A DNA stretch of 64,000 bases from positions 3,574 through 67,573 of the forward strand of contig CADCTQ010000208.1 in the NCBI GenBank assembly GCA_902805615.1, written 5' to 3'. Numbering within the stretch: position 1 is the stretch's first letter; each line of letters opens with the position of its first letter. The translations under genes and the position numbers were made by a program. Shown piece after piece: positions 36,435 through 44,712 of the stretch. This DNA is from an uncultured Cytophagales bacterium. Lineage in GTDB: Bacteria; Bacteroidota; Bacteroidia; Cytophagales; 172606-1. Below the pieces are notes generated by a model, which was not told the DNA's origin, did not search any database, and was given only the letters and a program-made list of their open reading frames with translations.

Positions 36435-37472
36435 ATGGAAACCCACAACGCATTGGCTCTGCCTGAAAATACGCTCCGCCCGTTTCTGTGGGTGGAGCAG
36501 CAATCTTGTGCGCTCCGGACGCGTGCCGGGCTACCCGGAATACCGGCGGGCGACATACCCGGATTGCCTCTGGTGATCGCCGCGGGAAACAAAGACGTTG
36601 ATTTAAGCGCCTGGATGAGCGAGAACAGGGCCGAACTCCGACAACTGCTGAGGAAGTGCGGCGGGATTCTGTTCAGGGGGTTTGGTATCCGGTCCTCGGG
36701 TGACTTCAAGGCTTTGGTGACCCAGTGGAGTGGCAGACAGATGGAATACTTCGACCAAACTTCCCCCAGAAGCCTGATTGACGACGCCGTGTATACCTCC
36801 ACCGACTACCCGTCCGATCAACGCATCAAAATGCACAACGAGCTTTCGTATGCCCACCGGTGGCCGCTGGAGATATTCTTTTTTTGCGTGCAGCCCGCCG
36901 ACGCAGGGGGCGAAACGCCCATCGCCGACTGCCGGAAAGTGCTTTCGAAATTAAGCAAAAGGACACTGGAAAAATTCTCGGCGAAAGGAGTGATGTACGT
37001 CAGGAACATGATTGATGGCCTGGGGCTTTCCTGGCAGCGGGTTTACCAAACGGATGATCCCGAAAAAGTAAATGCACACTGTACCAGGAATGGGATCCGC
37101 TTCGCGTGGAAAGGCGAAGATCACCTTAAAACGGTTTGGACCAGGCCGGCGGTCGGCAAGCACCCGGTTACCGGTGAAGCCACCTGGTTTAATCACGCCT
37201 ATTTCTATAACATTCTGTCAACCAACCCTTTGTTGCTCGACTTGGTCGACGATAAGGACGAGTTGCCATTTAACACCTATTACGGCGACGGGTCGGAGAT
37301 TGAACCGGAGGTGATCGAAGAGATCGGCGGCGCGTTCGACAACACCCGCGTCACGTTTACATGGGAGACGGGAGACCTGCTCCTGCTGGACAATATGCTG
37401 ACTGCGCACGGCAGAAGTTCCTACACGGGTCAGCGTAAAGTTCTCGTTTCCATGTGCGAGCCCGTGTTCTGA
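36435..37472 (+). CDS. TauD/TfdA-family Fe(II)/2-oxoglutarate dioxygenase, SyrP-like (putative aspartyl beta-hydroxylase)
   Basis: 345 aa. Motifs: GGILFRGFGI, YTSTDYPSDQRIKMHNELSY (HxE facial-triad part), FFFCVQPADAGGETPIADCRKV, WFNHAYF and LTAHGR. Confidence 0.85.
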   Translation: METHNALALPENTLRPFLWVEQQSCALRTRAGLPGIPAGDIPGLPLVIAAGNKDVDLSAWMSENRAELRQLLRKCGGILFRGFGIRSSGDFKALVTQWSGRQMEYFDQTSPRSLIDDAVYTSTDYPSDQRIKMHNELSYAHRWPLEIFFFCVQPADAGGETPIADCRKVLSKLSKRTLEKFSAKGVMYVRNMIDGLGLSWQRVYQTDDPEKVNAHCTRNGIRFAWKGEDHLKTVWTRPAVGKHPVTGEATWFNHAYFYNILSTNPLLLDLVDDKDELPFNTYYGDGSEIEPEVIEEIGGAFDNTRVTFTWETGDLLLLDNMLTAHGRSSYTGQRKVLVSMCEPVF

Positions 37473-37537
37473 CGCCGGTTTTGCAAATGCAGTGTACCCC
37501 CGCCTAAGTATTATTCATTGTGTGAAAAGTTTGCTGT

Positions 37538-38830
37538 ATGCCTGATTTCGTTGTAAAAAGCCTGCGGTCACCTTCCCAACGCTGGATCGAAAACCATTCT
37601 AACCACGCGTTAGGAACCCTCATCCGACTTTCGCTCCGGGAAGTCCCCGAGGCTGACCCGTTTACCGCATCCTTCCGGCAGTTATTGTCGCGGCATCACA
37701 TCCTGAGCGCCAGTGGCACTGATCCGTACCAGGAGGCGCCGTCGCTGGAGGTACTGGACAGGGCCGGTCTGGCCGCTGCCAATGGCCGGGAAGCAGACCC
37801 GTGGCTTGGGTTCAAACGGCGCATTGTGAACGAACGCGCCTTCAGGGTGTGGCTGGTAAAATCTGCCGGCGGGGCCAAAGTGTTTTTGTACCTGCCCGCG
37901 GTCATCGGCGACGCCGCGTCGGCGGTGCACCTGTGCCGGGAGTTGATCGGGTTTTACCGGGGCAGTGAAACTTTGCCAACTTCCGCGCCGCCACTGCAAT
38001 TTGCCCAGTACGCCGCCTGGCACAATGAGCTTTTGGACGAACCCAACGCGGAAGCGGAAATGTTTTGGCAGCAGTTCTCCGGCCGGATGCCATTGCCGAG
38101 AAAACTTACCGTTGAAAAAAATGGCGGACCAGAAAGGGATTCGTTACTGGACAGCATCCGGTTTGCGATTCCCGGGGGGGACAACGTGCGCACCCCTGCG
38201 GGCGGGGAGCGCCTGCCCGGGGAGTCGTTTATGTTGACCTGCTGGAGCGTCGTGCTTGCCCAGTACCTGGTGGAAGCAGATTACGTGATGGGCAGAATCG
38301 GTTCCGGGCGTTCGTATGATTTGTTTGAGAATATTACCGGTCCTTTTTCGCGGCCGTACCCCGTGAATATAGCCTTTCCTGCGTCAACGACGTTCGCAAC
38401 GGCGGTACGGGAAGTAACGGCCCAGTTGGCCCTCGCCCAAGCGTGGCAGGACCACCTGAACCTGGAAAAGTTTAACCCGCCCCCAACCTCGTCCGCCGGT
38501 TCCTTCTTCCCGTTCGGTTTTGAGCTGATTCCCGCGGATGAAACGTTACGCCAGTTTACGGACGAATGCATAGAAGACGTGTATACCCTGTGCGAGCCGT
38601 TCAAGCTGAAATTGCTGGCCTTGGCCGGGAAGGCTGACGTACAGTTTCAACTGTATTTTGATCCGGCGCTTTACGACCGCGAATTCGTGGTGGTGTTGCG
38701 GGACCGGTTCACCCGTGTTTTCAGTAAAGCGGTTTCCGATCCGGAGGTGACCCTGACCGACCTGCGGGCGGCTACCGCCGAGGATCTGCAATACATTGCG
38801 GCGCACGCCGGATGGAACGACGACCGCCCC
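37538..38830 (+). other. full-length condensation-like domain lacking the catalytic His motif (interface-like or pseudo-C domain)
   Basis: Fold-length region with C-like features (FAQYAAWHNELL, MFWQQF, PLPRKL) but no HH: the motif position reads LPAVIGDAAS. It lies directly downstream of the SyrP-like gene and directly upstream of an Asp-type A domain. Confidence 0.65.
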
Positions 38831-41800
38831 GGATTAAAGGGCAACTTTAAGGAATTGTTTGAGGAGCGGGCGCTGACGACACCGGACCAGGCCGCCGTTT
38901 CTTACGAGGGGCAACACCTCACGTTCGGGCAACTGAACGCCCGGGCCAACCAACTGGGCGCGTACCTGCGGCGGCATTTCGGCCTGCGGAGCGAAGACAT
39001 CGTTGCCGTGAAATGTGAGCGCTCCATCGAGATGATTGTTGCATTGCTCGCCGTTATAAAGGCCGGCGGCGCCTTTCTGCCCGTGGATGGGCAATCACCG
39101 GAAGCCAGGTTGAACAGCATCCTTGCCGACAGCAACGCCAGGCTACTGATCACGTCCGGGGATACCGTTGAGCGCAACGTCACCCGGGTGGACCTGAAAA
39201 GGCAGGAGGAAGAAATTCAAAAAGAGGACGTAGGCAATCTGCCGGCCGCCATCCGGCCGTCTTCCGGGGTCTACGTCATCTATACGTCGGGTTCAACGGG
39301 GCAGCCCAAGGGCGTGATGGTCTCTCACGGGGCATTGGTCAATTACCTGACCTGGTTTATTGATGCCTACCAGATCGGTGTCCGGGACAGAACGCTGGTT
39401 TTGTCATCGGTGGCCTTCGATCTTACGTACACAAGTTTGTTCTCGTCGCTGCTCGCCGGGGCTTCGCTACACCTATTGAAGGAACGGGAACACTTTGATG
39501 CAGAAGACATGACCACCGCCCTGATTGCGCAGGGGATTACCTACCTCAAGTTAACCCCTTCCCATTTTGGCCTGCTGGTGAATGATCCGGCGTTCGAGGA
39601 GCAGCGGGAAAAATACCGGCTGCGGCTGGTTATCCTCGGGGGAGAGGAGATCAACGTCGCTGACGTACAAAAGTACATGTCCGGCAACCCCGATTGCCTG
39701 TTCGTGAATCACTACGGGCCTACCGAAACAACCATTGGAGCTGCCGTCAGGGAGATCAGCAGCCATACCCTCGGGACGTTCGCGCAAAAGCCGGTCATTG
39801 GAAAACCAATCCGGAACAACAAGGTGATCATACTCGACGATGCCGGCCGCGTTGCGCCCGTTGGCGTACCGGGTGAAATTTGCATTGCCGGAGCGGGCCT
39901 GGCCAACGGGTACCTCAACAGTCCGGTACTCACCGGCGAGAAATTCGCGTGGTTTGATTCCGGTGCCGGATTTTTCAATCAGCGCCTCTACAGAAGCGGC
40001 GACGCCGGTTTCCTGCTGGCCGATGGGAACATCGCTTTCCTGGGCAGAAAAGACAACCAGGTGAAAATAAACGGCTTCAGGGTGGAGACCGGTGAAGTGG
40101 AACATGCCCTCGAAGGGTACCCGGGAGTCGATAAGGCAGTGGTGATCCCCGTGAAGAACACCGCGGGAAAACATGAGTTGTACGGCTACCTGTGTGCCGG
40201 CAATGCGGTGACGGCGGCCTCGCTCAACGCATACCTCCGGGAACGCATTCCGCAGTACATGATTCCCAAAGACTACAAAAGAGTGCCTGCCATTCCCCTC
40301 ACCCCCAACGGGAAGGTGAACCGTAAAAAACTACTGGAAATGCCGGCCGTCCCGTTGGTGCGGGAAAACGCCGTTGAACTGCCGGCGAACGAGGTGGAGC
40401 AGAAACTGGTGGAGGTCTGGAAAAGCGTGTTGAACTGCGACGGCGTGGGCGTGAATGATAATTTCTTTCACGTCGGCGGCGATTCGATCAAAGCCATCCA
40501 GGTTGCTTCCCGGATGCACGCTTCGGGATACAAACTGAACATCCGGAATTTGCTGAAGTTTCCCGTGCTCAAGCAAATGGCCACCAAGGTTGAGGTGGTC
40601 CGCCAGGCACCCGACCAGTCGAGCGTACAGGGCGTAATCCCGTTAACGCCAATCCAGGCCAGGTTTTTACGGAACATAAAGACCGACCCGAGTCATTATA
40701 ACCAGTCGTTTCTGCTCCGGTTTGACCAAACGCTGGACCGGAGGACCGTCGAAATACTCTTCGACAAACTGCTGGCGCACCACGACATGCTGCGGGTTAC
40801 CTTCCGGAGAGAAGGTTCGCGGTACGTGCAACTGGCCAATGGCACCGGTCAGCGGCTCGCCGTTGAGGAAGTTGACCTGGCAGAACACCCGGATGCGGCG
40901 TCCCGTTTTCAAGCCCACGCAACCGACCTCCAGCGGCGGCTTGCTATCACCGAAGGTCCGCTGGTCAAAGTCGCGCTCTTTCATTTTGCCGGCCACGCGA
41001 AGCTGTTGGTGGTGATCCACCATTTAATTGTTGATTTCGTGTCGTGGCGCATCCTGCTGGAAGACCTCAATACCCTGGTGCAGCAGCATCAACAAGGCGC
41101 ACCGTTGCAGTTACCGCCCAAAACCAGCTCCTACAAAGCCTGGTCGGAGAGCCTGCTGGCCTACGCCGGGTCGGATGACTTCGCCAGGGAGAAGGGCTAC
41201 TGGGAAAATCAGGCGCAGCTCGACGTACCGGCCATCCAGCCTGACTATGCGCAGGCAACGAACCTGACCAGGGATGAGGCATCCGTGTCTTTCGCGCTTA
41301 CCGAGGCGCAAACCCACGTGCTCCAGGCCAGGATAAACCCGGCGTTCGGAACCAACATGAATGACGTATTAATTACCGCGGTCGTCGTGGGTTTCAGGGA
41401 AGTATTCGGGCACAACCGGCTGTCCATCGACTTGGAAGGACACGGCCGGGAAGATATTCAGGAGGCCGTTGATACCAACAGAACGGTCGGCTGGTTTACC
41501 AGCATTTACCCGGTCGTGCTCGATGCGTACGGCAAGGGGAGTCTGGTGGAGGAGCTGGTAAACGTTAAAGAGACTTTGCATAAAGTCCCGCGCGGGGGAA
41601 TCGCCTACGGCGTGATGCGTTACTTGGGCAGCGAAGGCGTTACACTCCCCGGGAGAGAGCCCGCTTCGCAAATAATTTTTAATTATCTTGGTCAATTTAA
41701 CAGTGAAATAAGTCAACTTTCTTATATATTAGCTAACGAAACGAAGGGCGTCGAACGCAGTGGTCGCCAGGACCTGCTGTACGAATTCAGGATTGGCGCC

Positions 41801-42010
41801 ATCTCGGTAAACGGAGTAATGCATGTATCCATCCATTACAACAAGAACCGCTACCGGGAGGCTACGGTAAATAGGATTTCGGCATCGATGAAGGAAGCGA
41901 TGACGAAACTGGTTGCAGTGGCCGATGAAATCAAAGGACTCACTGTAACTCCGAGTGACTTTACCTACAAGGATCTATCCGTAGATGACTTGGAGAACAT
42001 ATTCAGTTAG
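37538..42010 (+). CDS. NRPS-4: C*(degenerate)-A-T-E, single Asp-type module
   Basis: 1490-aa ORF.
- N-terminal ~430 aa: C-domain-sized, but YLPAVIGDAAS stands where HHxxxDG is expected (37889-37921).
- A: YTSGSTGQPKGVMVSH, hand-extracted code DLTKIGHIGK (Asp-type)
- T: VGGDSIKAIQV
- E: HHLIVDFVSWRIL
- C-terminus: TPSDFTYKDLSVDDLENIFS. Confidence 0.95.
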   Translation: MPDFVVKSLRSPSQRWIENHSNHALGTLIRLSLREVPEADPFTASFRQLLSRHHILSASGTDPYQEAPSLEVLDRAGLAAANGREADPWLGFKRRIVNERAFRVWLVKSAGGAKVFLYLPAVIGDAASAVHLCRELIGFYRGSETLPTSAPPLQFAQYAAWHNELLDEPNAEAEMFWQQFSGRMPLPRKLTVEKNGGPERDSLLDSIRFAIPGGDNVRTPAGGERLPGESFMLTCWSVVLAQYLVEADYVMGRIGSGRSYDLFENITGPFSRPYPVNIAFPASTTFATAVREVTAQLALAQAWQDHLNLEKFNPPPTSSAGSFFPFGFELIPADETLRQFTDECIEDVYTLCEPFKLKLLALAGKADVQFQLYFDPALYDREFVVVLRDRFTRVFSKAVSDPEVTLTDLRAATAEDLQYIAAHAGWNDDRPGLKGNFKELFEERALTTPDQAAVSYEGQHLTFGQLNARANQLGAYLRRHFGLRSEDIVAVKCERSIEMIVALLAVIKAGGAFLPVDGQSPEARLNSILADSNARLLITSGDTVERNVTRVDLKRQEEEIQKEDVGNLPAAIRPSSGVYVIYTSGSTGQPKGVMVSHGALVNYLTWFIDAYQIGVRDRTLVLSSVAFDLTYTSLFSSLLAGASLHLLKEREHFDAEDMTTALIAQGITYLKLTPSHFGLLVNDPAFEEQREKYRLRLVILGGEEINVADVQKYMSGNPDCLFVNHYGPTETTIGAAVREISSHTLGTFAQKPVIGKPIRNNKVIILDDAGRVAPVGVPGEICIAGAGLANGYLNSPVLTGEKFAWFDSGAGFFNQRLYRSGDAGFLLADGNIAFLGRKDNQVKINGFRVETGEVEHALEGYPGVDKAVVIPVKNTAGKHELYGYLCAGNAVTAASLNAYLRERIPQYMIPKDYKRVPAIPLTPNGKVNRKKLLEMPAVPLVRENAVELPANEVEQKLVEVWKSVLNCDGVGVNDNFFHVGGDSIKAIQVASRMHASGYKLNIRNLLKFPVLKQMATKVEVVRQAPDQSSVQGVIPLTPIQARFLRNIKTDPSHYNQSFLLRFDQTLDRRTVEILFDKLLAHHDMLRVTFRREGSRYVQLANGTGQRLAVEEVDLAEHPDAASRFQAHATDLQRRLAITEGPLVKVALFHFAGHAKLLVVIHHLIVDFVSWRILLEDLNTLVQQHQQGAPLQLPPKTSSYKAWSESLLAYAGSDDFAREKGYWENQAQLDVPAIQPDYAQATNLTRDEASVSFALTEAQTHVLQARINPAFGTNMNDVLITAVVVGFREVFGHNRLSIDLEGHGREDIQEAVDTNRTVGWFTSIYPVVLDAYGKGSLVEELVNVKETLHKVPRGGIAYGVMRYLGSEGVTLPGREPASQIIFNYLGQFNSEISQLSYILANETKGVERSGRQDLLYEFRIGAISVNGVMHVSIHYNKNRYREATVNRISASMKEAMTKLVAVADEIKGLTVTPSDFTYKDLSVDDLENIFS
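40625..42007 (+). other. epimerization (E) domain of NRPS-4
   Basis: Contains IPLTPIQARFL and HHLIVDFVSWRIL (His pair at 41028-41033; Phe replaces the usual Gly after Asp). It has a COM-donor-like tail, TPSDFTYKDLSVDDLENIFS. Confidence 0.85.
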
Positions 42011-42028
42011 GTTTTAACCTTCCCTGCC

Positions 42029-44431
42029 ATGATCAAAAGTTATTTCAAAACCGCGTTCAGGTACCTTCAAGCGAACAAGCTGTTCACCCTCGTAAACGTT
42101 TTTGGCCTGGCAGTGGGAATGGCAGCATTCATTTTGCTGCTTCAGTTCAACGCCTTCCAGCTAAGCTATGACACTTTCAATAAGAGAAGTGCGGATATTT
42201 ACAGGATTGGTTTGGGTATTTACGGGGAAAGGAAGGAACACATTATTGACGATGCCACCAATTTTGCGTTTATCGGCGAGGAACTTAAAGAAGACTTTCC
42301 GGAAGTTGAAGCCTTCTGCCGGATGAGGAAAGGGTCTGCCGTCATTTCCTACAAAGACCTGTTGCTCAGTGAAGATTTCGACGAGGGCGCCTTGTACTAC
42401 GCCGACCCCTCTTTTTTCAAGGTCTTCGACTACGAGCTGGTCCGGGGCGACCGCGCCAGTGCGTTGAGTCACCTCAACAGCGTAATCATCTCGGAGCCGG
42501 TAGCCGAACGGTTTTTCAAGGGCGAAGATCCCATGGGCAAAATCATAAAAAGCAACGCGGAAAACTTCACGGTTACGGGCGTGATCCGCGTGCCCAAAAA
42601 TTCACATCTTCAGTTTGATTACCTGTTCCCGCTCGATAAATTCTTCGAACAGAAAAAGGACCTGTCCACGGAAGAGGGCAAAAGAAAGTGGAGCGGTTAT
42701 TATACCTACGTACTGCTGGGCCCGGCGGCCGACGTCAAAACGTTTGAGTCAAAGTTGCCGGCCTTTTACCGGCAGAATTGTTACAAGGAAGAATGCAATA
42801 ACAAACTGATCGTTCAGCCGCTGGAACGAATCCACCTGTACTCCCACATGCAGGCGGAAGCCTCCGCCAACGGGGACGGAAAAACGGTATACTTTTTAAC
42901 CGTCCTTGCCTTTTTCATCCTGGTGGTGGCCTGGGTAAATTACATCAGCCTTTCCACGGCGGGGGTCAGCAAAAGGTTTAAGGAGGTAGGCGTCAGGCTT
43001 TTGCTGGGGGGCAGGAAAAAGACGCTGATGATGCAGTTCCTGTGTGAATCGATCCTGATCAACCTGATTGCCGGAATGATTGCGTTTGCCGTCGTGAGCA
43101 TCGGCTGGGTCTACCTGGAAAGGTACGTCCAGGTTACGCTGTCGTTCAGTGTTCTTTCGAATGCCTATTTCTGGCTTGTCGTTGCCCTGATCCTCCTGGC
43201 CGGCGCGATTCTGTCCGGCCTTTATCCTGCCTACGTATTGTCCTCGTTTGAACCGGTGGCAATGCTGAAAGGCACCATTAAAAACGTGCGGGGCGTCTCT
43301 TTCAGAAAAGTACTTACCTCGGTTCAGTTCGTGTTTTCCATCTTCCTGCTGCTGGGTACCATCATCGTTTCGCAGCAGGTCCGCTTTATGCGGTCCCGCG
43401 ACCTGGGTTTCTCGCTCAATAACGTGCTGGTAATCAAGGTGCCCGGCGACATCCAGAAAGACTTTAACAACCACGCCGTATTGAAAAACAAGCTGCTCAC
43501 CATCGCGTCGGTTGACGGGGTGAGCGGTTCCACCCTGGTTCCCGGGAAGCACTTCAACCTTTCGGAGGGAAACGTTAAAAAAGTAAACGCCGAGGGCGAC
43601 GGGGTTTCGTGTAAACTGGTTTTTATTGATTCGGATTTTCCGAAGGTCTATTCGATGGACGTAAAGCAAGGGAAGGAATTTTTCAATACTTTTTTCACGG
43701 CTCCTGCCTACGTTTTGAATGCAGCCGCGGCCAAACTGTTCGGGATTGAAGACGTGCGCGCAGTCAACCAGAGCCTCGACGTGTGGGGCAATAAGCTCAA
43801 CGTTGCCGGCATTATCGAGAACCACTACCAGAATACCGTCAAAGTGACGCCCGAGCCAATCGTTTACATATGCGTTCCGCCCCGTCACAGCAGTATATTC
43901 TACGTTTCCGTGAAACTAAACAATGCACCCACGGAAATGACGGTGAGGGCAGTTGAGGCGGCTTGGAAGGAAGTGTTCCCCCAGGTTCCCTTCGAGTTTT
44001 TCTTCGCGGATGACGTCTACAACGAACAATACAAAGACGACCTCCAGTTGAATAAGCTCTTCAATATTTTTGCCTCTTTGTCCATCGTTATCTTCGCTTT
44101 CGGCCTTTTCAGCCTTTCCCTGTTCACCGCTTTGCAGCGAACCAAGGAAGTAGGGATCCGAAAAGTACACGGCGCATCGTCGTTCCAGATCGTGATGCTC
44201 TTTCTGAAGAATATAACCATGCTGGTGCTGCTCTCCTGTTGCATTGCGTGGCCTTTCACCTACTTCCTGGCCGACAGCTGGCTGGCGAATTTCTCGCAGC
44301 GGGTACCCATCGCCTGGTGGTGGTTCCTGTTGTCGGGCCTCATCGTCCTGATCATTTCCTACATTGGTGCTGGTTACTACTTGGTGAGGGCGGCAATGGC
44401 AAGCCCGGTGAAATCCCTGAAGTACAACTAG
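42029..44431 (+). CDS. ABC-transporter permease, FtsX/MacB-like, double FtsX-domain type (~800 aa)
   Basis: 800 aa.
- N-terminal TM helix: FTLVNVFGLAVGMAAFILLL
- large extracytoplasmic region
- TM bundle: VLAFFILVVAWVNYISL ... GVRLLLGG
- second extracytoplasmic region
- C-terminal FtsX repeat: EVGIRKVHGAS ... LLSCCIAWPFTYF
This architecture is common in Bacteroidota. No ATPase gene is adjacent. Confidence 0.85.
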   Translation: MIKSYFKTAFRYLQANKLFTLVNVFGLAVGMAAFILLLQFNAFQLSYDTFNKRSADIYRIGLGIYGERKEHIIDDATNFAFIGEELKEDFPEVEAFCRMRKGSAVISYKDLLLSEDFDEGALYYADPSFFKVFDYELVRGDRASALSHLNSVIISEPVAERFFKGEDPMGKIIKSNAENFTVTGVIRVPKNSHLQFDYLFPLDKFFEQKKDLSTEEGKRKWSGYYTYVLLGPAADVKTFESKLPAFYRQNCYKEECNNKLIVQPLERIHLYSHMQAEASANGDGKTVYFLTVLAFFILVVAWVNYISLSTAGVSKRFKEVGVRLLLGGRKKTLMMQFLCESILINLIAGMIAFAVVSIGWVYLERYVQVTLSFSVLSNAYFWLVVALILLAGAILSGLYPAYVLSSFEPVAMLKGTIKNVRGVSFRKVLTSVQFVFSIFLLLGTIIVSQQVRFMRSRDLGFSLNNVLVIKVPGDIQKDFNNHAVLKNKLLTIASVDGVSGSTLVPGKHFNLSEGNVKKVNAEGDGVSCKLVFIDSDFPKVYSMDVKQGKEFFNTFFTAPAYVLNAAAAKLFGIEDVRAVNQSLDVWGNKLNVAGIIENHYQNTVKVTPEPIVYICVPPRHSSIFYVSVKLNNAPTEMTVRAVEAAWKEVFPQVPFEFFFADDVYNEQYKDDLQLNKLFNIFASLSIVIFAFGLFSLSLFTALQRTKEVGIRKVHGASSFQIVMLFLKNITMLVLLSCCIAWPFTYFLADSWLANFSQRVPIAWWWFLLSGLIVLIISYIGAGYYLVRAAMASPVKSLKYN

Positions 44432-44448
44432 CGTACAACCAAGGCACG

Positions 44449-44478
44449 GTTGCCGGGCGGTAAAAAAAAGCCGGCAAC
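44449..44478 (+). terminator. perfect 8-bp inverted repeat (hairpin) 18 nt after the permease stop
   Basis: GTTGCCGG (44449-44456) pairs with CCGGCAAC (44471-44478). The 14-nt loop is gcggtaaaaaaaag. No downstream U-tract, so terminator function is uncertain. Confidence 0.3.
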
Positions 44479-44523
44479 TGACCAGCCATTCCTGTTCTTC
44501 CCGCCTTTTACTTCCGGTGTCAT

Positions 44524-44613
44524 CGCCACCGCAGTTCGCGCGTGGGTATGGCAAACTGCTGCCCCGGGAGTTTGTGCCGGCGCCCGCCACCCTAGCTCGC
44601 GCGGGGGTATGGC
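44524..44613. repeat. 29-nt imperfect direct repeat (25/29 identical), 61-bp period, in the 281-bp intergenic region upstream of NRPS-5
   Basis: cgccaccgcagttcgcgcgtgggtatggc (44524-44552) versus cgccaccctagctcgcgcgggggtatggc (44585-44613), compared base by base. A nearby tandem 9-mer, TTCGCCCTT, lies at 44644-44652 and 44656-44664. Confidence 0.8.
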
Positions 44614-44712
44614 CGTGTGAGCTATTGCTTCAAAAAAGCTTGATTCGCCCTTTTCTTCGCCCTTGCAGAAAGGCGATGCGGCTTCTCATTTGGATAAAAA
44701 CCACTACCCGGT

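Noticed and set aside
36305-36802. 165-aa minus-strand ORF across the carbamoyltransferase/dioxygenase intergenic region.
   Set aside because: It overlaps the N-terminus of the well-supported SyrP-like gene on the opposite strand and has no motif support.
37473-37537. Possible Bacteroidota-type promoter (TTTG at about 37479, TA-rich stretch taagtattatt) upstream of NRPS-4.
   Set aside because: It only partly matches the TTTG / TAnnTTTG consensus and the spacing is uncertain. It cannot be supported without transcript data.
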